Assembly (NCBI GenBank): GCA_003427395.1
Contig: BFEA01000002.1
Coordinates: 8,736,339 to 8,800,338, forward strand
Source: Chara braunii
Taxonomy: Eukaryota; Plantae; Charophyceae
DNA: 64,000 nt
Direction of reading: 5' to 3'
Positions 25,524-39,220 of this stretch are shown here, piece after piece; positions within the stretch are counted from its first letter, which is position 1, and each line of letters starts with the position of its first letter. The position numbers and the translations under genes are program-made. The notes beneath the pieces were generated by a model. The model did not search any database, was not told the DNA's origin, and was given only the letters and a program-made list of their open reading frames with translations.

Positions 25524-28475
25524 GGTGGTGTCAGGNGCACGACAAGGGTCCCACTCCTCACCACTTGGACCTACCCGGACACACTGACCTACTGACTAAC
25601 TCCCTAAGGACCACAGGGTAAGACCCTGTCAACTATGGTCACTACCAACCCAAGACTACTCTAAGGCTGTCACTACTGAACGAAGAGCTGATCAGGAGGC
25701 ATTTAAGGAGATCCCCCATAACTCCTCAAGAATTCTTTAACGTCGCAGACAGGACGACGNGATCAGCTTGGTTCCTCTGGCGATTTCAGCCCACAACTCA
25801 GCCGTTCCAGCCTACTGTGCCACACCGAGCAGCCCGCTGGTCTGTACCGGTCCTTGGAGGGGTTCGTATCCCTCGGGACAGTCGAGTCGTCAGACACAGA
25901 TCATCAGTTGTAATAGGTCCGGTAGGGGAGTGGCTCAACCAGGCCTCAACACTTAAAGACGGTCCTCGTTTCAGCCTACAGCTCGGAGTTCAGACCCTCT
26001 ACACTGAACTCAGTAGACCTGCCGGACAGTACCGGTCATTGGGCTAGACGAGTTATTTAACGAGCGCTCGCCGCTCATGCCCACGTCTCCAGATGCCAGA
26101 GTAAAGCTTTGGTCCTACTAAGCCCGTGTAGGTTTGGCAGCAAGGCCCTATCCTTCATCCACAGAGTCCTAACACCTAGGACANAAGAGACTCAATGCAG
26201 AAAGGAAGACAGACAGACTCAACTCAGCAAGTACCGTAGGGGTGTGCACATCCACAGGGTAAGGGGATAGGCTGAGGGGTCAACGAGATATCACCAACTC
26301 CAGCTTGGTCAAAATCTTGGTCAGCAGCCCCGGTCAACGCCTTGGTCAACGCTGAGTCAACATGGCCAACCCCAGTCAACGCTTGGTCAACCACCTTGGT
26401 CAACGCCTAGTTAACCCTCTGGTCAACCCTTGGTCAACCCTCTGGTCAACGGTCTGGTCAACTCTCTGGTCAACGGTCTCCCTTTCTCTCTCCTCCGGTA
26501 CTCTGTGTCAACGCTCCGCGGCTATGGCCGCCGTCTTCCTTCTCCAACGGACTCCGCAATCTTGCCTTATAGGTAAGTGACAACCAATCTTGGATCGCTC
26601 ATCTCTCTCTCGCTGTAGCAGTATCTTCAGCGCAGCAGGTAAGAACCCAATCTTGTATCTCTCNNNNNNNNNNNNNNNNNNNNNNNNNNNNNNNNNNNNN
26701 NNNNNNNNNNNNNNNNNNNNNNNNNNNNNNNNNNNNNNNNNNNNNNNNNNNNNNNNNNNNNNNNNNNNNNNNNNNNNNNNNNNNNNNNNNNNNNNNNNNN
26801 NNNNNNNNNNNNNNNNNNNNNNNNNNNNNNNNNNNNNNNNNNNNNNNNNNNNNNNNNNNNNNNNNNNNNNNNNNNNNNNNNNNNNNNNNNNNNNNNNNNN
26901 NNNNNNNNNNNNNNNNNNNNNNNNNNNNNNNNNNNNNNNNNNNNNNNNNNNNNNNNNNNNNNNNNNNNNNNNNNNNNNNNNNNNNNNNNNNNNNNNNNNN
27001 NNNNNNNNNNNNNNNNNNNNNNNNNNNNNNNNNNNNNNNNNNNNNNNNNNNNNNNNNNNNNNNNNNNNNNNNNNNNNNNNNNNNNNNNNNNNNNNNNNNN
27101 NNNNNNNNNNNNNNNNNNNNNNNNNNNNNNNNNNNNNNNNNNNNNNNNNNNNNNNNNNNNNNNNNNNNNNNNNNNNNNNNNNNNNNNNNNNNNNNNNNNN
27201 NNNNNNNNNNNNNNNNNNNNNNNNNNNNNNNNNNNNNNNNNNNNNNNNNNNNNNNNNNNNNNNNNNNNNNNNNNNNNNNNNNNNNNNNNNNNNNNNNNNN
27301 NNNNNNNNNNNNNNNNNNNNNNNNNNNNNNNNNNNNNNNNNNNNNNNNNNNNNNNNNNNNNNNNNNNNNNNNGACCTACAGATCGAACCCCTGCTGTTTA
27401 TGGACCTACGACAGGCCTACCAACTGCCTACGAATACACAGGTCACAGGTTCAATTCTCGGGGTCTACACAGATACTGTACATGGGTAGGATGAGGTCTA
27501 GGGATCGAACCCTGGGTACTGCATCCGCCACTGCTAAAAGGTGAAAACCGTTTCACTATTCTAGCCTGTACCTCATATAAACAGGAGGGTCGAACTGCAC
27601 ATCAGCTCAGCATGACCTTAGCACAGCTTGGGCTTCGTCACAGTGGGGCCCCCAAGGTCAGTTTCGACTCTCGAGACCTGTTAGGTCTCAGTTAGAGATG
27701 AGTAAGGTAATCTCATATCTTCCTCTGTCCTTTCCCTTGACCTTTTCATCCCCTGCCACTTTGTCTCTTCGTTGGCTTTGGGACTACCACTTCGTCGCTA
27801 CCTGGGGAATAGGTTAAGAATTGACATGTTCTCTTTGACAGTCAGTTTGCAATGCTGGCTCTTCATCAGACACAGCCCAGAGGATGGAACCTAGGGTTTG
27901 GGAATTGCGAGAGTTGGATGTGGATGTCGACATCGATGTATGCGAGCCGCGTCGTTCGATAGTCATGTTTATCCCATGAACAAGGAGGAGTTTGGTGATC
28001 ATGTGATGCACTTGTTATGTTGCCAAAAAACTAACGAGCACCTCGTCATATGGTTCACCGATTGTTTTCACCAGAAAGGGGTCCAAGAGATTGCATCTGT
28101 ATATTGGCTATAGAAAGACAAATAAAGGACACAGATCCTCTACCATATTCAATGGCTTATCGGACTCGTTAGGGGGAGGAGCTAACTTGGAATCCACCAT
28201 CAAAGATAGATACGAGGGCCCACTCAGCGTGTGATATAGGTGTTGGCTACTCGGATTCACAATGTCACCCTGACACGCGTTCAAAGCCATTGTCTACACG
28301 AGTTCGACGACATTGTCCCTTTCTGCACTGATGAGACCTATGTTTTCAGCCATAGACTCGAGGAGCACCTGAGAAAGTCACATCACCTCTCCGCTTGACA
28401 AAGACATTGCATATCAGATTAGTCAAGTCTATAACTGATCCCATTTTTTGTGAGACTATTGCAATGTCAACTACT

Positions 28476-28640
28476 GGAGCTACAACACCTTTTTTTTTTC
28501 TTTTTTAAAGTTTTTTTACAATTTTAAATTTGGACCATTTTTCGATTTATGCGTGTCATCCTTGCACAGGGGCCATGCTAATCCTCTCTGTATCGTTCCA
28601 ATTTTAACGGATGTCCCGAAGGACGGAGTTACAACACCTT
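28476..28640 (-). pseudogene. U6: Full-length U6 snRNA retrocopy (body 28526-28624) with A-rich tail and 16-bp TSD
   Basis: Minus strand GTCCTTCGGGACATCCGTTAAAATTGGAACGATACAGAGAGGATTAGCATGGCCCCTGTGCAAGGATGACACGCATAAATCGAAAAATGGTCCAAATTT plus A-rich tail; TSD ggagctacaacacctt (28476-28491) / ggagttacaacacctt (28625-28640). Confidence 0.95.
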
Positions 28641-31600
28641 ATGTTTGCATTTGCTTTGCAGAAGACGATGTGCAATCCCATTTCAAAACTTTGAAAGGCA
28701 ATCGTTAAGGTTTGCAGGCAATAGAGCAAACCAGCAAAAGCTGATCACTTGTGTGTCCCACAGACACCGAAAATGGAACTCATCTCCTGAGTTCAGCTTG
28801 GAGCAAGTACTTCAGTACAAGCTCATTTCCAGGCATTATGGCACTTTAGAAGATATTGGCTTCAGTGCCCCTTGATGTAGAGATCACCTGCGGGCCATTT
28901 CATTCATCATCGACGTCATTCATCCAATCTTCCATGCCTCACCAAAAACGGCTGTGCATGCAGCCAGTGCTGTGATGCCCTGTATGCATTGTACGCCCAT
29001 TTTTCATTCCGCTGGGCCAGTATTGGCCCAGACTTGGAAGCTGGTCCTAGCCCAGGCCCACGATTTCGAAAATGGTGAGGGGTGAACCATGACCGTTGGA
29101 CCATGGAAATCCAATGATCTCAACTTTGTCCTGACGATGCAGACAAGAAATAGGGATTTCTTTAGTGTCAGTGATCCGTGCCGTTCAGCCAACCTTCCAT
29201 GCCTCACAGCTAACTCAATGCATTACAGCCACGAGTATCGAGTCCAGATGAACATTTGCAAGAGTTTCCCACTGACCATGGCTTGGCAGAGGTGAAACAT
29301 ATCCTTGCGCATCAAGTGGCTGGAAATACATACATGCAAAGCAAAGTCACTATCTCCTCCATGGACTGTGTGCTGACATCCGGCTCAGTCAAGCCAAGCT
29401 GAAGGTCGCTTTCTCCAGCGTGAAGAGCCCTTGTTGAAGAAGAGTTTCTAAGTGAGTAAATCATTCTCGCGCAAGTCCATCAAGAGCGCTTCACGCCTTT
29501 CCACGAGGCATGTTACCAGGCTTACTCTTGACAGTCTCATAGCAATATATAAAGAATAGAGGATCTGCAAGAAGACCTATCAGATCCGTATATTTGCCCA
29601 AGAGCTTGCGTTCTCCAACAGGTCTTCAACTCTTACGAGACAAATCAGCTTGTCGAGGCACCAACTCGAACACAGTCTTCATATCAGACAGCTTCTCATC
29701 AGATCAACTCATCTACTGTTGCAGGAGCTCCACTTCTTAAGAAAGATGGAAGTCAACTGCAGGCATTCAGAAGCACACGCCATAGCCTGAGACTGAATTG
29801 GTCTCCGAGGGATGTGACAGCGCGTGGGCAGGAGTGCACATCGACTGCCTGGGAATCAATCCATGCGATATGAAGTCACTCTCTTTTATGAACCGCGTGC
29901 TGATTGCTGGCGCACCGGAGCCAACTTGAAGCCCATGGCCAACAGGTCTTCAACTCTTATGAGAAGCATTGGTTTGTTGAGGCAGCAATTCAAACGTAGT
30001 CTTCATGTCTGCCACCTTGCTCATGAGAGTAGGGAGGTCGATAATAGAGTCATTCAGCGAAGGGCTCTACACAAGACCCGTTATGGTGACTCCTGTCTCG
30101 GGATCAGAGTTTTGAATGTCTGTGTCCATAACATAGGGGCCGCGTGTAAATGCATATTGCTGTGCTCGGTGTTTGAAGAACTGCCATGCACTCGATTTCA
30201 CACTCCAAGTCGTGAACATCATGCCTTATCTGTCTTTCCCGATTCATGAGCGATGTCGCAACCAACACTGCTATTTTGGCATTTTGCCATTATGGTGACC
30301 ATGCAGACTAAGGAGTGATCTGAAGGCATCCACTTCAACTGTGTTCGGAGAAGTGTCAACTCTCGCAATCAATGAAGGCCAGAGTGACAATGGTGCACAA
30401 ATCCCATGAGCGTCTAAGATGTCCGTGCTACCGTCTTCACCCGAATAGAACGCCCGGTCATTATAGCCGTATTTGGTGCAATTTTCACTCCAGATTCAGC
30501 TATAATGTAGCTACGGAGAGTTCTTGAAGATATCATTTCTCTAATCATCATGCAACTGCCTGCTCCCTATCGGTATCCCAGGAGGCCTCAACTGTTGTCA
30601 ATTCTCATTCGGATCTGGCGCCCACTCAGCAGAGTATACCTTGGTGCTGTATTGTCAATCGTAAGGTATGGGAACGGAGGAGGAGACTGGGTCCAACCTT
30701 GAACAAGGTTTTCTGGACTTTCGACCGGATTTGTACACTTGTGCAGGATGGAATTGTGCTACGGAGAAGGCTCAATTGACTGAATCGCACTCCAGCCTTG
30801 CCCATGATTTCCTCCTGCTTAGCTTGATATCATTACCTGCTAATATTTCCAGCAAGATTGGGCATATTATGCGTGGAACTGCTGGCGGAGTCCTAAGAAT
30901 AGCACCTGCTCATAAGCCAAGTGCGATACGGTAAATGTTACGGAGCGTGATCCTGAGGAGGAGAAGGATATTAAGGAGGCGGAGAACATGGGGGAGGAAA
31001 GTAGTCAGCCATTTAGCTGTCCTGATACTATGAGATCTCCTTCCCTACCCATCAACTCATCAATTCTCCTGGCGCACCCCTATTCCCACTATCCTACCTC
31101 AGTGTTAATCACTCAGAACCATCACCCTTCTACCATCTTGGACGGGTGACCGAACAGCAGTTATAGGCACCGGGGCTAGGCAGATAGCCCCACCCAGCCG
31201 TAGTTGAAGCATGATCGGACAAGCCTTGTCGTATGGTTACTTCGAACACCAAGCTCAAGCATTCTTCTACGGATCCCATATGATACCCGAACCCCTACTC
31301 GTTGTGCTGACGGTCCAAAGCAGGTGTCACTCCCGACGAAAGCTCGTGTAGTTCACGAAATTTACTGTTATATGGCTGAATTGAATGACGACTCTGAAGC
31401 ACGTAGCATTTCAAGCAGGTTGATTATGCCATAATTACTTATCAGTCTTATCTGCCACGTGGCACGTAAGCTGCTTGATCTGCCACATCGCACATAAGTA
31501 GTGCAACAAGCAAAATTGAGCTGCTTCGTCTTCCACATGGCCGATAATCAAGTTACTTAAAGTACGATGAGCATAATCACACTGATGAAGGCCGGCCGAT

Positions 31601-31962
31601 AGACTTCAGGTGTGCATGTTGGAAAAAGGCCAGCCGATAGCCTTAAGATATCACATGACCGACCAACCCGAAACAAAAAGCAAAAAAATAGGAACTGATA
31701 ATTGAGGTACTTGATCTGCCAACTTCAGTGCGAGGTTGGTCTCAAAAACAAGAAAAGGGAGACAAAAGATTATGATATCACAGTGGATTTCTCGACATTC
31801 CCGTCATCATGGACCTCAACTCATGTCTACGGTTCAGCCGTACGAGATACTTTATCTGCCATGCGCCTAGATGATTGACTATGCCTCTCCAGTTGCGATT
31901 GATTTGTTTCAATCACCAGAGATTGGTATCATTTGTTGTCCGTCTGTTTGTCTCCCTGCCTG

Positions 31963-32018
<56 letters not shown>

Positions 32019-32139
32019 GCGTATCAGTTTCTGTGAATTTTGTTTCCACTGTGTTGCATTCACCCCTCTCGGACCACAAAACTCTCTCCCTCTTCCTCTC
32101 CTCCTTCTGCTCTCTATCATTAACTTCCCGCCACGTGTG

Positions 32140-32580
32140 TCATGCGCATGGTCACTGCAGGTCCACTTTCTTCCTAAAATACCCACTGGACGGGAGCTAT
32201 CCCCATCACTCAGCTCCAACCTTACGCCCATACCATAGCCTGATGCGTCAATCCTACCTTGTGTGACTAGGCCAAGGTCGTAGATGCACAAAATTGGTGC
32301 TGCCAGCATAGCTGCCTTAAGAGGCTGAAAAGTTGCGCATGCCAGGTCGCCAAAAATGAAGGGCTGATATTGCACTGAAGATGTGTCAACAATGCAACAA
32401 TCTTGCATAGCCTCTTTATGAAACTCTGATAGTAGCCTACCAATACACGGAAAGAGCGTACGTCTGTAATAATGGTGGGCTCAGGCCGACAAATGTTGTG
32501 AGGCATCACAAAATGGCCTGAGTACTCGAGCTCCTGCTTGGCGAACTCATACTTGTTGAGGTTGAACAGCATGCATGAGT
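32140..32580 (-). mobile_element. Gypsy RT/RNase H remnant
   Basis: DVRSFRVLVGYYQSFIK, DASGYGMGVRL. Confidence 0.75.
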
Positions 32581-32714
32581 TTACAAGAACAAAGGACACC
32601 AAAGTCTCTTGATGATAAAAACCCTCTTCTCGCCTCCAATCAATCAATATTCAACGAAGTAATAGTCCTTAACCAAGGTATGCACACCTACGCTACTTCC
32701 TAGTCGAGCCTATC

Positions 32715-32794
<80 letters not shown>

Positions 32795-34419
32795 CTAGTG
32801 ACCACTGAGGAGCCTGACCACCTGGGGTGCTGGAGCTCTCCTGCCGACCACCATGTCTCCGTCAAGCCTCGCAGCCTTCCGTTAAGTTCCGTGAATCCAA
32901 GGACCTCCCCTTCACTTTGCCACCTTTCCCTCGTACCTGCGGTACCTTACTATGTTATGTGCCTGATTGAAACTTGATACAGCATGGCATCCACACGTTC
33001 CCATACGCATGTGCAACGACAAGAGATCTTGGAGAGAGCAATTCACACCACACCAGATGAGAGAATACACAGTGGAAGCACTTTACAACCAAAAATAGAA
33101 TTGAAAATAATCAATTCTAATTCATATCCCACTCCCTCTAGTCAATCAATGCACTGTTTCCCCAAGAATCCCAACCACGTTAACAACACCCAGGAACCAA
33201 TTTTTACAAAAGTTTCATTGAAGTGTTTGGGAGTCTTCTTCTTCCTCCCTCCAGTCAAGCTCTAGCTATGACGCGGCACAGCACCCACCCATCAGTCAAC
33301 CCCAACCGTCCTGAACCTAACGCGACACTCAGCAGTCCAATCACGATGCCCACGGCAGATGAAATGCCCGCTCAACAGGCGAGAGTAGCTCCCTGGACGA
33401 AGGACTCCAGCACGATGAAGATGGATGGATTCCACTTCGAAGAGCACTTGGATGGAGAGCTTCGGAGGCAGCGATGTCAAACCCCAACAGCACACAAAAT
33501 AGGAGGATGGGCCTACACCGCTTAGGGCCTGTACGCCCAGCGCTTTCCTCAGGTAGCTGGCTCGACCAGTTATGGCTGGCAACCGCTGATGAAGAAGGAG
33601 CCTGTGCTATGGAATTTAGCACTGCAGCCTCAACGCGACCTCCCAGCAGCACTTCGTGAAAAGAACGAGAGAAAAGAACCCGTTTCCCTCTGTCCTCAAC
33701 ACTTTTATTTTCCCTCAACCCTCTAGGACTCGACAGCCTACAGCCTAAGATAGACATCCTATTGCCTAGGACCGAACCTAGCCAGAAAGAAGGGAAAAAG
33801 GAAAAGCCTACGTGCCTGCTGAAAACCAAAGCAAAAAGGACACAAAGGAAAGGCCCAAGGGCCTAAGACCAGCCAACAGAGACTACTACGGCCAAGTCTA
33901 GGGTTCGAGCAGCACGAGGCGCAAAACAAACAAATACAGCAAACACATTACAGGTCACGCGATCAAGTCCCAGCACTCAAGATTGGGACTCGGCAAACGA
34001 AGTTAGTGCACATCCTACAACGAAACGGCAATTCATTGCAACTAGCTATGGTGCCGGCCTTCTTCCCCAAGCCCCCAGCTCGCGCTGGCTTACTGCATGG
34101 CTGCTATGCTGCAAAGCGTTTCTTCCGCTTACATTGCCGCAAGTCGCGACCTGCCTGGATGATCGCCCTGTGCCCCAGCCTGGACTTCTTGGCTGGAGGC
34201 CGCGGTCTGCTATTGCTGGTAGGACCTGCCTGCCAGCCAAGTCCCTGCCAGGCCGTTTAGTTCATTCCGTCGGGACCTCGACCTGCGGCCTACCAGACTG
34301 GGATACCTGGATGCACGGCCTAGGGGCCTTGCATTCCCACCCCCTTAGGTTCAAAAGTCCTCTGAGATACCCTCACTCTTGCCATTGCGTTCCTTCCCAC
34401 CCTCTCCTAAGTACCCGTA

Positions 34420-34758
34420 CGACAGGGCTCGTCCGACTATGCTTCAATCAGGACTGGGGAGGGAGGTGAGGACCTGCTTAGCCCTGATGCCTATAACCAC
34501 TGTCCGGTCAGGTCACTAGAAAAAAGGATGACGATCCTAGGTGATAAAAACACTAAGGTAGGACCTTGGGAGTAGGGATGCGCCAGGAACAGTAATGATG
34601 AGTAAGGGTGGGAGGGAGTCTCATAGGGGGCCTGACCCGGCCTGTATAGAAAATCATCTGGATGATCAAACGGCCAACTGCTGAAGGGACTGTCATATGC
34701 CTGGTGGCTAGCCTCTACAACAACCTGGACTTCAAAAAAATATATATTTATAAAAAAA
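34420..34758 (+). mobile_element. Poly(A)-tailed non-LTR retroelement 3' end
   Basis: Ends gcctctacaacaacctggacttc(A)n; homologous to 37856-38045; left boundary approximate. Confidence 0.65.
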
Positions 34759-37700
34759 AGAGAAATCACTTGCGGTACAGACTTCATTAGTTCTTCTCTT
34801 GTAAGCCACCGATCTTCAGTTGGATCCACATGGGACTGGAGCTACGGCTTTGGTGGTCTCCCTCTGCCTGTTGCCTTAGGTACCAGGACGTGTCTGTGCT
34901 CTACAATCGATCAGTATCAACTGGACCATTCATCGAGGGCAGCAGCATTGGCTGCGAGGGGGAACTGATCACATTTCTGGAAAGTTCACAGTTTGGATCC
35001 ATGAGTCACGCATGTAGGACTATCAGGATCATGTTGTTCATGGTACACAATACTGAGGCATCAGTTCCCAGGACAAATTGTCCTCAGGAGCCCACACAGA
35101 CAACTTGACCCATACCAGATCGGCAATCTGGAATGTACGCATCCTTATGTTCTTTCTCTACCATGACCCGCAGCTGCTCAACTGTTTCCCGAAGGTCCGT
35201 TCGTGCTCCAATGCCAGCTCTGTAGTTCCAGGTGGTGAACTTCGTGTTTGGTCTGGAGACAGGAAATCCAATTATGTTCTTTGTTTCCAGTCAATGTGCA
35301 GTTGACTTGGTGTACAGCCTGTCGCTGAATGGACAACATTATTGCTAGCCACATGAGGCGGATGCACCCAAACTGACCCATTGCCTCATGACACTCTCCT
35401 ACAAAAGATTCCTTAGAGACTCATTATTTGGTTGCACAGGTCCTTACTTAGGAAGAATGTTCCCTCCATCACACTCTCCTGTGAAAAGACCCCCTAAGAC
35501 TTGTTATTAGGTGCACAAATTCTTTCAAACCGCTCCTCTTACATAGGGACAACATTCCCTCCACCACCTATACACCTCACTAACCCTTCTATCCTAAGTT
35601 TGGACAAGCCTGATGATTTTCGTAAGAACGTTCTCCTTCGTCGGAATCTTCCGCCTGCTGGCGTACATGTTCATTTAACCCAAACTCTGTCACCAGAGCA
35701 CAGCGAAGTCCGCTCTCCATGATTGCGCTGCAGCCAGCACATTGATTTTTCCTTTCTGGCGCATCAGCATGAAGTCCTACGTATGTTTGCCTTGGATCCA
35801 ACACGTGAGAGTGTCAGAAAGGGTAGGCTGCGTCTTTATCCACTCAAGAGTCTCATGGTCAGACTTCACTCCAAATTTATGTCCTGGAGGCAATGCTTGT
35901 GGTGTTTCAGTGTCATATTGAGTGCATACGAATCCCCCCCAATAAGCAGAATATGATAGCTTCGAGAGGGCATCATTTTGGTAACTTTTGGACATGTACT
36001 CAATTGGTTTCAACTTATTACCCTATGCCATATTGGTTTGAGTCAGTGGTTAACATAACTGGCTTATCGGTTCTGCGATTTTTTGAGGAGTGAATTGGCG
36101 AGGGCAGTTTTCAATTGCTTGAAAGCCTGCCCACACTCACCACGCCATTCCCAAGGTGTATCACGTCGAGTCAGGTCAATCAAGGGACTCGCTACACTGC
36201 TGAAATTGTGTATGAATGACCTGTTACACCCAGCTAATCCCAAGAAAGATCTGACCTCAGTTAGAATTTGAGGCCTTGGACCAATTTTTGGTGGTCCCCG
36301 CTTTTTAGCATCCTCCGAACTTGATGCTTCCTGCAAGATCTGATGACCCAGATACAAGACTTTAGTTTGTCCAAGCTTATACTTTTGCAAGTTGATCTTG
36401 TATAGATGCTTCCAAAGCAGTCGCAGCACTACTCAAAGGTGCTCAGCATGCTCCTTCGGCCCTTAGTAAAGACAAAACCATTGCAGAGATAAACAACTAC
36501 AAACTTGTTCAAGTAATTATGACATGCTCGATTCATAGCATGCTGGAATGTACCGAGCGCATTGCGAAGCCCGAAAGGCATCACCATGAAGTACACAAAC
36601 TCATACAAGCCGTATCGAGTCTGAAATTCAGTTCGGTTAATCCTTGGGTCATACCTCAATCTCATGGTAACTGGACGTCAACTCTACCTCTCTGAAGTAT
36701 CTACATCCCTGCACCCTATGCTGCCTATCCAATAGGTCATCAATGTGAGGTAGGGGCTCTGCGTTACAAACACTGATTTGATAACGATCGCTATTTTTGC
36801 AGGTCATTTGTTTCAAGTGTGTTTTTGATCGAGAGCTTATTATATGACACGAAGCGTTACCTATCTACTTCTCCAAACACAATATCCTGAGTACCTATGA
36901 TCGTAACCACATCTGCGAGCATGTGATGTTTCAACATAAAATCAAGCCCTTGTAAATGAGCAAACCCAGGTGCTCGAATTCCACAATGATAAGGACGATT
37001 GGTTCCATTGCCAACTAAATATACATCACGGTATTGAGGCGCCTATGGTCAATGCACATCCTCAGAGTACCTCAATTTTTGGGAACAAACAGTTTTGGCA
37101 ACCCCTACATTGAGGAACTCTGCCTAATCCTGCCCTCATTAGTGAGTTACTTGAGCTGCTTACAAAGCTCATATACCTCCACAGTGGGGAGACATTCTAC
37201 AGATCCTACCTTTCAATATTTTGCTTCCAAGTTCCAAATATAATCTGAATGCCCCTAGACACAACTCCTAATGGTTCCCTTGAACATCTGAATGCTAAGT
37301 GAGGACTTCTATCTATCTAGGAGACAATACAGCCTGTGCAAACAAAAGGACAATTAATCATGATCATGGTTACTGTACAGGGAGTGGACGACCCTGCAGC
37401 GGGCGATACAGAAGCCGAAGAAGCAGGAGTCGAACACTAAGTGAGGACTTCTTCTATCTATCTAGGATACCATAAGACCTTTGCAAACAAAAGGAGAATT
37501 AATCATGATCTTGGTTGCTGTACAGGGAGTGGACGGCCCTGCGGTGGGCGATACAGGAGCAGAAGAAGCTGGAGTTGAGCCTGGGGGTGATTGCGACAAA
37601 CGTATAACCCTGGACAGGGGAGGAGCCCCACTCACCAAACGAAACAGTAGTCGGTGCAGTGCTACAGGTTCACCCATCACGAGTGACGTCACACCTGGAG

Positions 37701-37855
37701 GCTCTACAGTAACAGTAGTGGAGAACGGCAATGACAGTTCCTTTGGCAGTGTTGCTCTAACGTCTGCAGTCAGGGTATCTACACTTGCCACACAAGGACA
37801 TGTGCATACTTTCCAAATTTTCAGCTTCAGTGACATCTCATGCAGACTCATAGAA

Positions 37856-38045
37856 CTATGGGTACACACCAGGGATCGTGATGATGACTAAGGGTGGGAG
37901 GGTGTCTCATAGGGGACCGGTTAGGCAATACATCGAGATGATCAAACGGTCAGGTGCTGAAGGGCCTGTCACATTCCTAGTCAGCAGCCTCTACAATAAC
38001 CTGGACTTAAAAGAAAGAAAGGGAAAAAAAAAAAAAAAAAAAAAA
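37856..38045 (+). mobile_element. 5'-truncated poly(A)-tailed non-LTR retroelement, same family as 34420-34758
   Basis: gatgatgactaagggtgggaggg...gcctctacaataacctggactt(A)n; possible TSD ctca(t/c)agaa. Confidence 0.7.
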
Positions 38046-38737
38046 CTCTCACAGAAGAATCTGACCACACCGCTAAGGTTTTCTTGGACACTCCTCTGCA
38101 CCATGTCTGATATGCTACCACTGACACCTAGACCCTCCTCATTCTCTGGATATTGTCTCTGCCAACGGATGGTAAGCAATCCGGAAAGGGGTTGATGGCC
38201 AGTTGTTGGCTCCCCTGTGGCTGAGCCACCTGGGATCAAGTAACCCCGGCACAGATCTCGAAGGTATAACACCCGCTTACAATGTATCTTTCGACCTCGG
38301 GAACACTATTGGCTCACTACTCTCTCTAGCATGCAGGGTCATCCACTAATCACTGCCTTCTACCAAATAGTCACAGATTGAGTGAATAACTACAATGTTT
38401 ACACAATACTAAAGTTAGTGCCCTGCATCCTAAGCCAATTCCCAGACTCTCGCAACTATAGTATTCTACTATGCACATTTGGCTATTTCTAATAGGGTAT
38501 AATGAGAGTGCTAACTGGTCTAGATAGTCAACTAATTAGTCTGACCTCTGACGATTGGACCGCACCTGCCAACTAATCAAACAGCACTTTATAATTACAA
38601 AAAAAAAAAAAAAGAACAAGCGGACATCGACAGTTTCCGTTAGCGAGTATACAGTTGGCGTCCACCGTCATGCTTCCCTCTCTCCCACCCCCCTTATGTG
38701 ACTATTGACTCCTGGTGAACAACGCGCATGGAACTTA

Positions 38738-39220
38738 TCCAGCGGCCTAGCTCAGTTGGTAAGGAACGCAAGTGGCATTCAGGAGCTCTTGGGTTCAATC
38801 CCCATTGGCCTCATGTACCTTCCTACCTTCCTCGCCAAGCTTGGCGCTCGCCACCTAGAGATACGCCGTTGGTCCCCACGAGTGGCAATGAGCAGAGACT
38901 GCTGATGTTCATAGGAGGAGGGGACTGGAGGAGCGGCACAGTGACTGGCCCATCGAAGAAGCTCGGTCCTGATGCTACCGGCTGACCACTGGCCAGTATC
39001 GCCCACCTGCTGTAGCAGGTATCGCACCTGCTGGTGGGTGCAGCTCTCGCATGTTCCCTCGTTGGAGGCTTGAGCACGGATGTGGCTGCTACGGGGTTGC
39101 CCATAATACTATAATGAGTATTAATGACAATAAAAAAGGCCTGAAAGGCTGTCCTGTCCAGATTCGACAGGTAATTGAATTGGTTGGGCTTAAAGAATTA
39201 GCCTTAAAGAAAACAAACAT
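38738..39220 (+). mobile_element. tRNA-derived SINE (~480 bp)
   Basis: A box tagctcagttggt (38748-38760), B box ggttcaatcc (38792-38801), A-rich end, TSD gcatggaactta (38726-38737 / 39221-39232). Confidence 0.8.

Larger units (their letters stand above)
22508..27555 (-). mobile_element. Chromoviral Ty3/Gypsy LTR retrotransposon, internally deleted (gag-like region fused to integrase; no PR/RT/RH)
   Basis: 3' LTR 22508-23354; 5' LTR ends at 27555 (partly in gap) and is near-identical where visible; 4-bp TSD ctat (22504-22507 / 27556-27559); purine-rich tract before the 3' LTR. Confidence 0.9.

Noticed and set aside
26300-26480. Cluster of ggtcaa (W-box-like) motifs
   Set aside because: A short tandem repeat in a Gypsy 5' UTR; no evidence of regulatory function
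31581-31612. Second hammerhead candidate ctgatgaaggccggccgata
   Set aside because: No GAAA core and no plausible stems I or III
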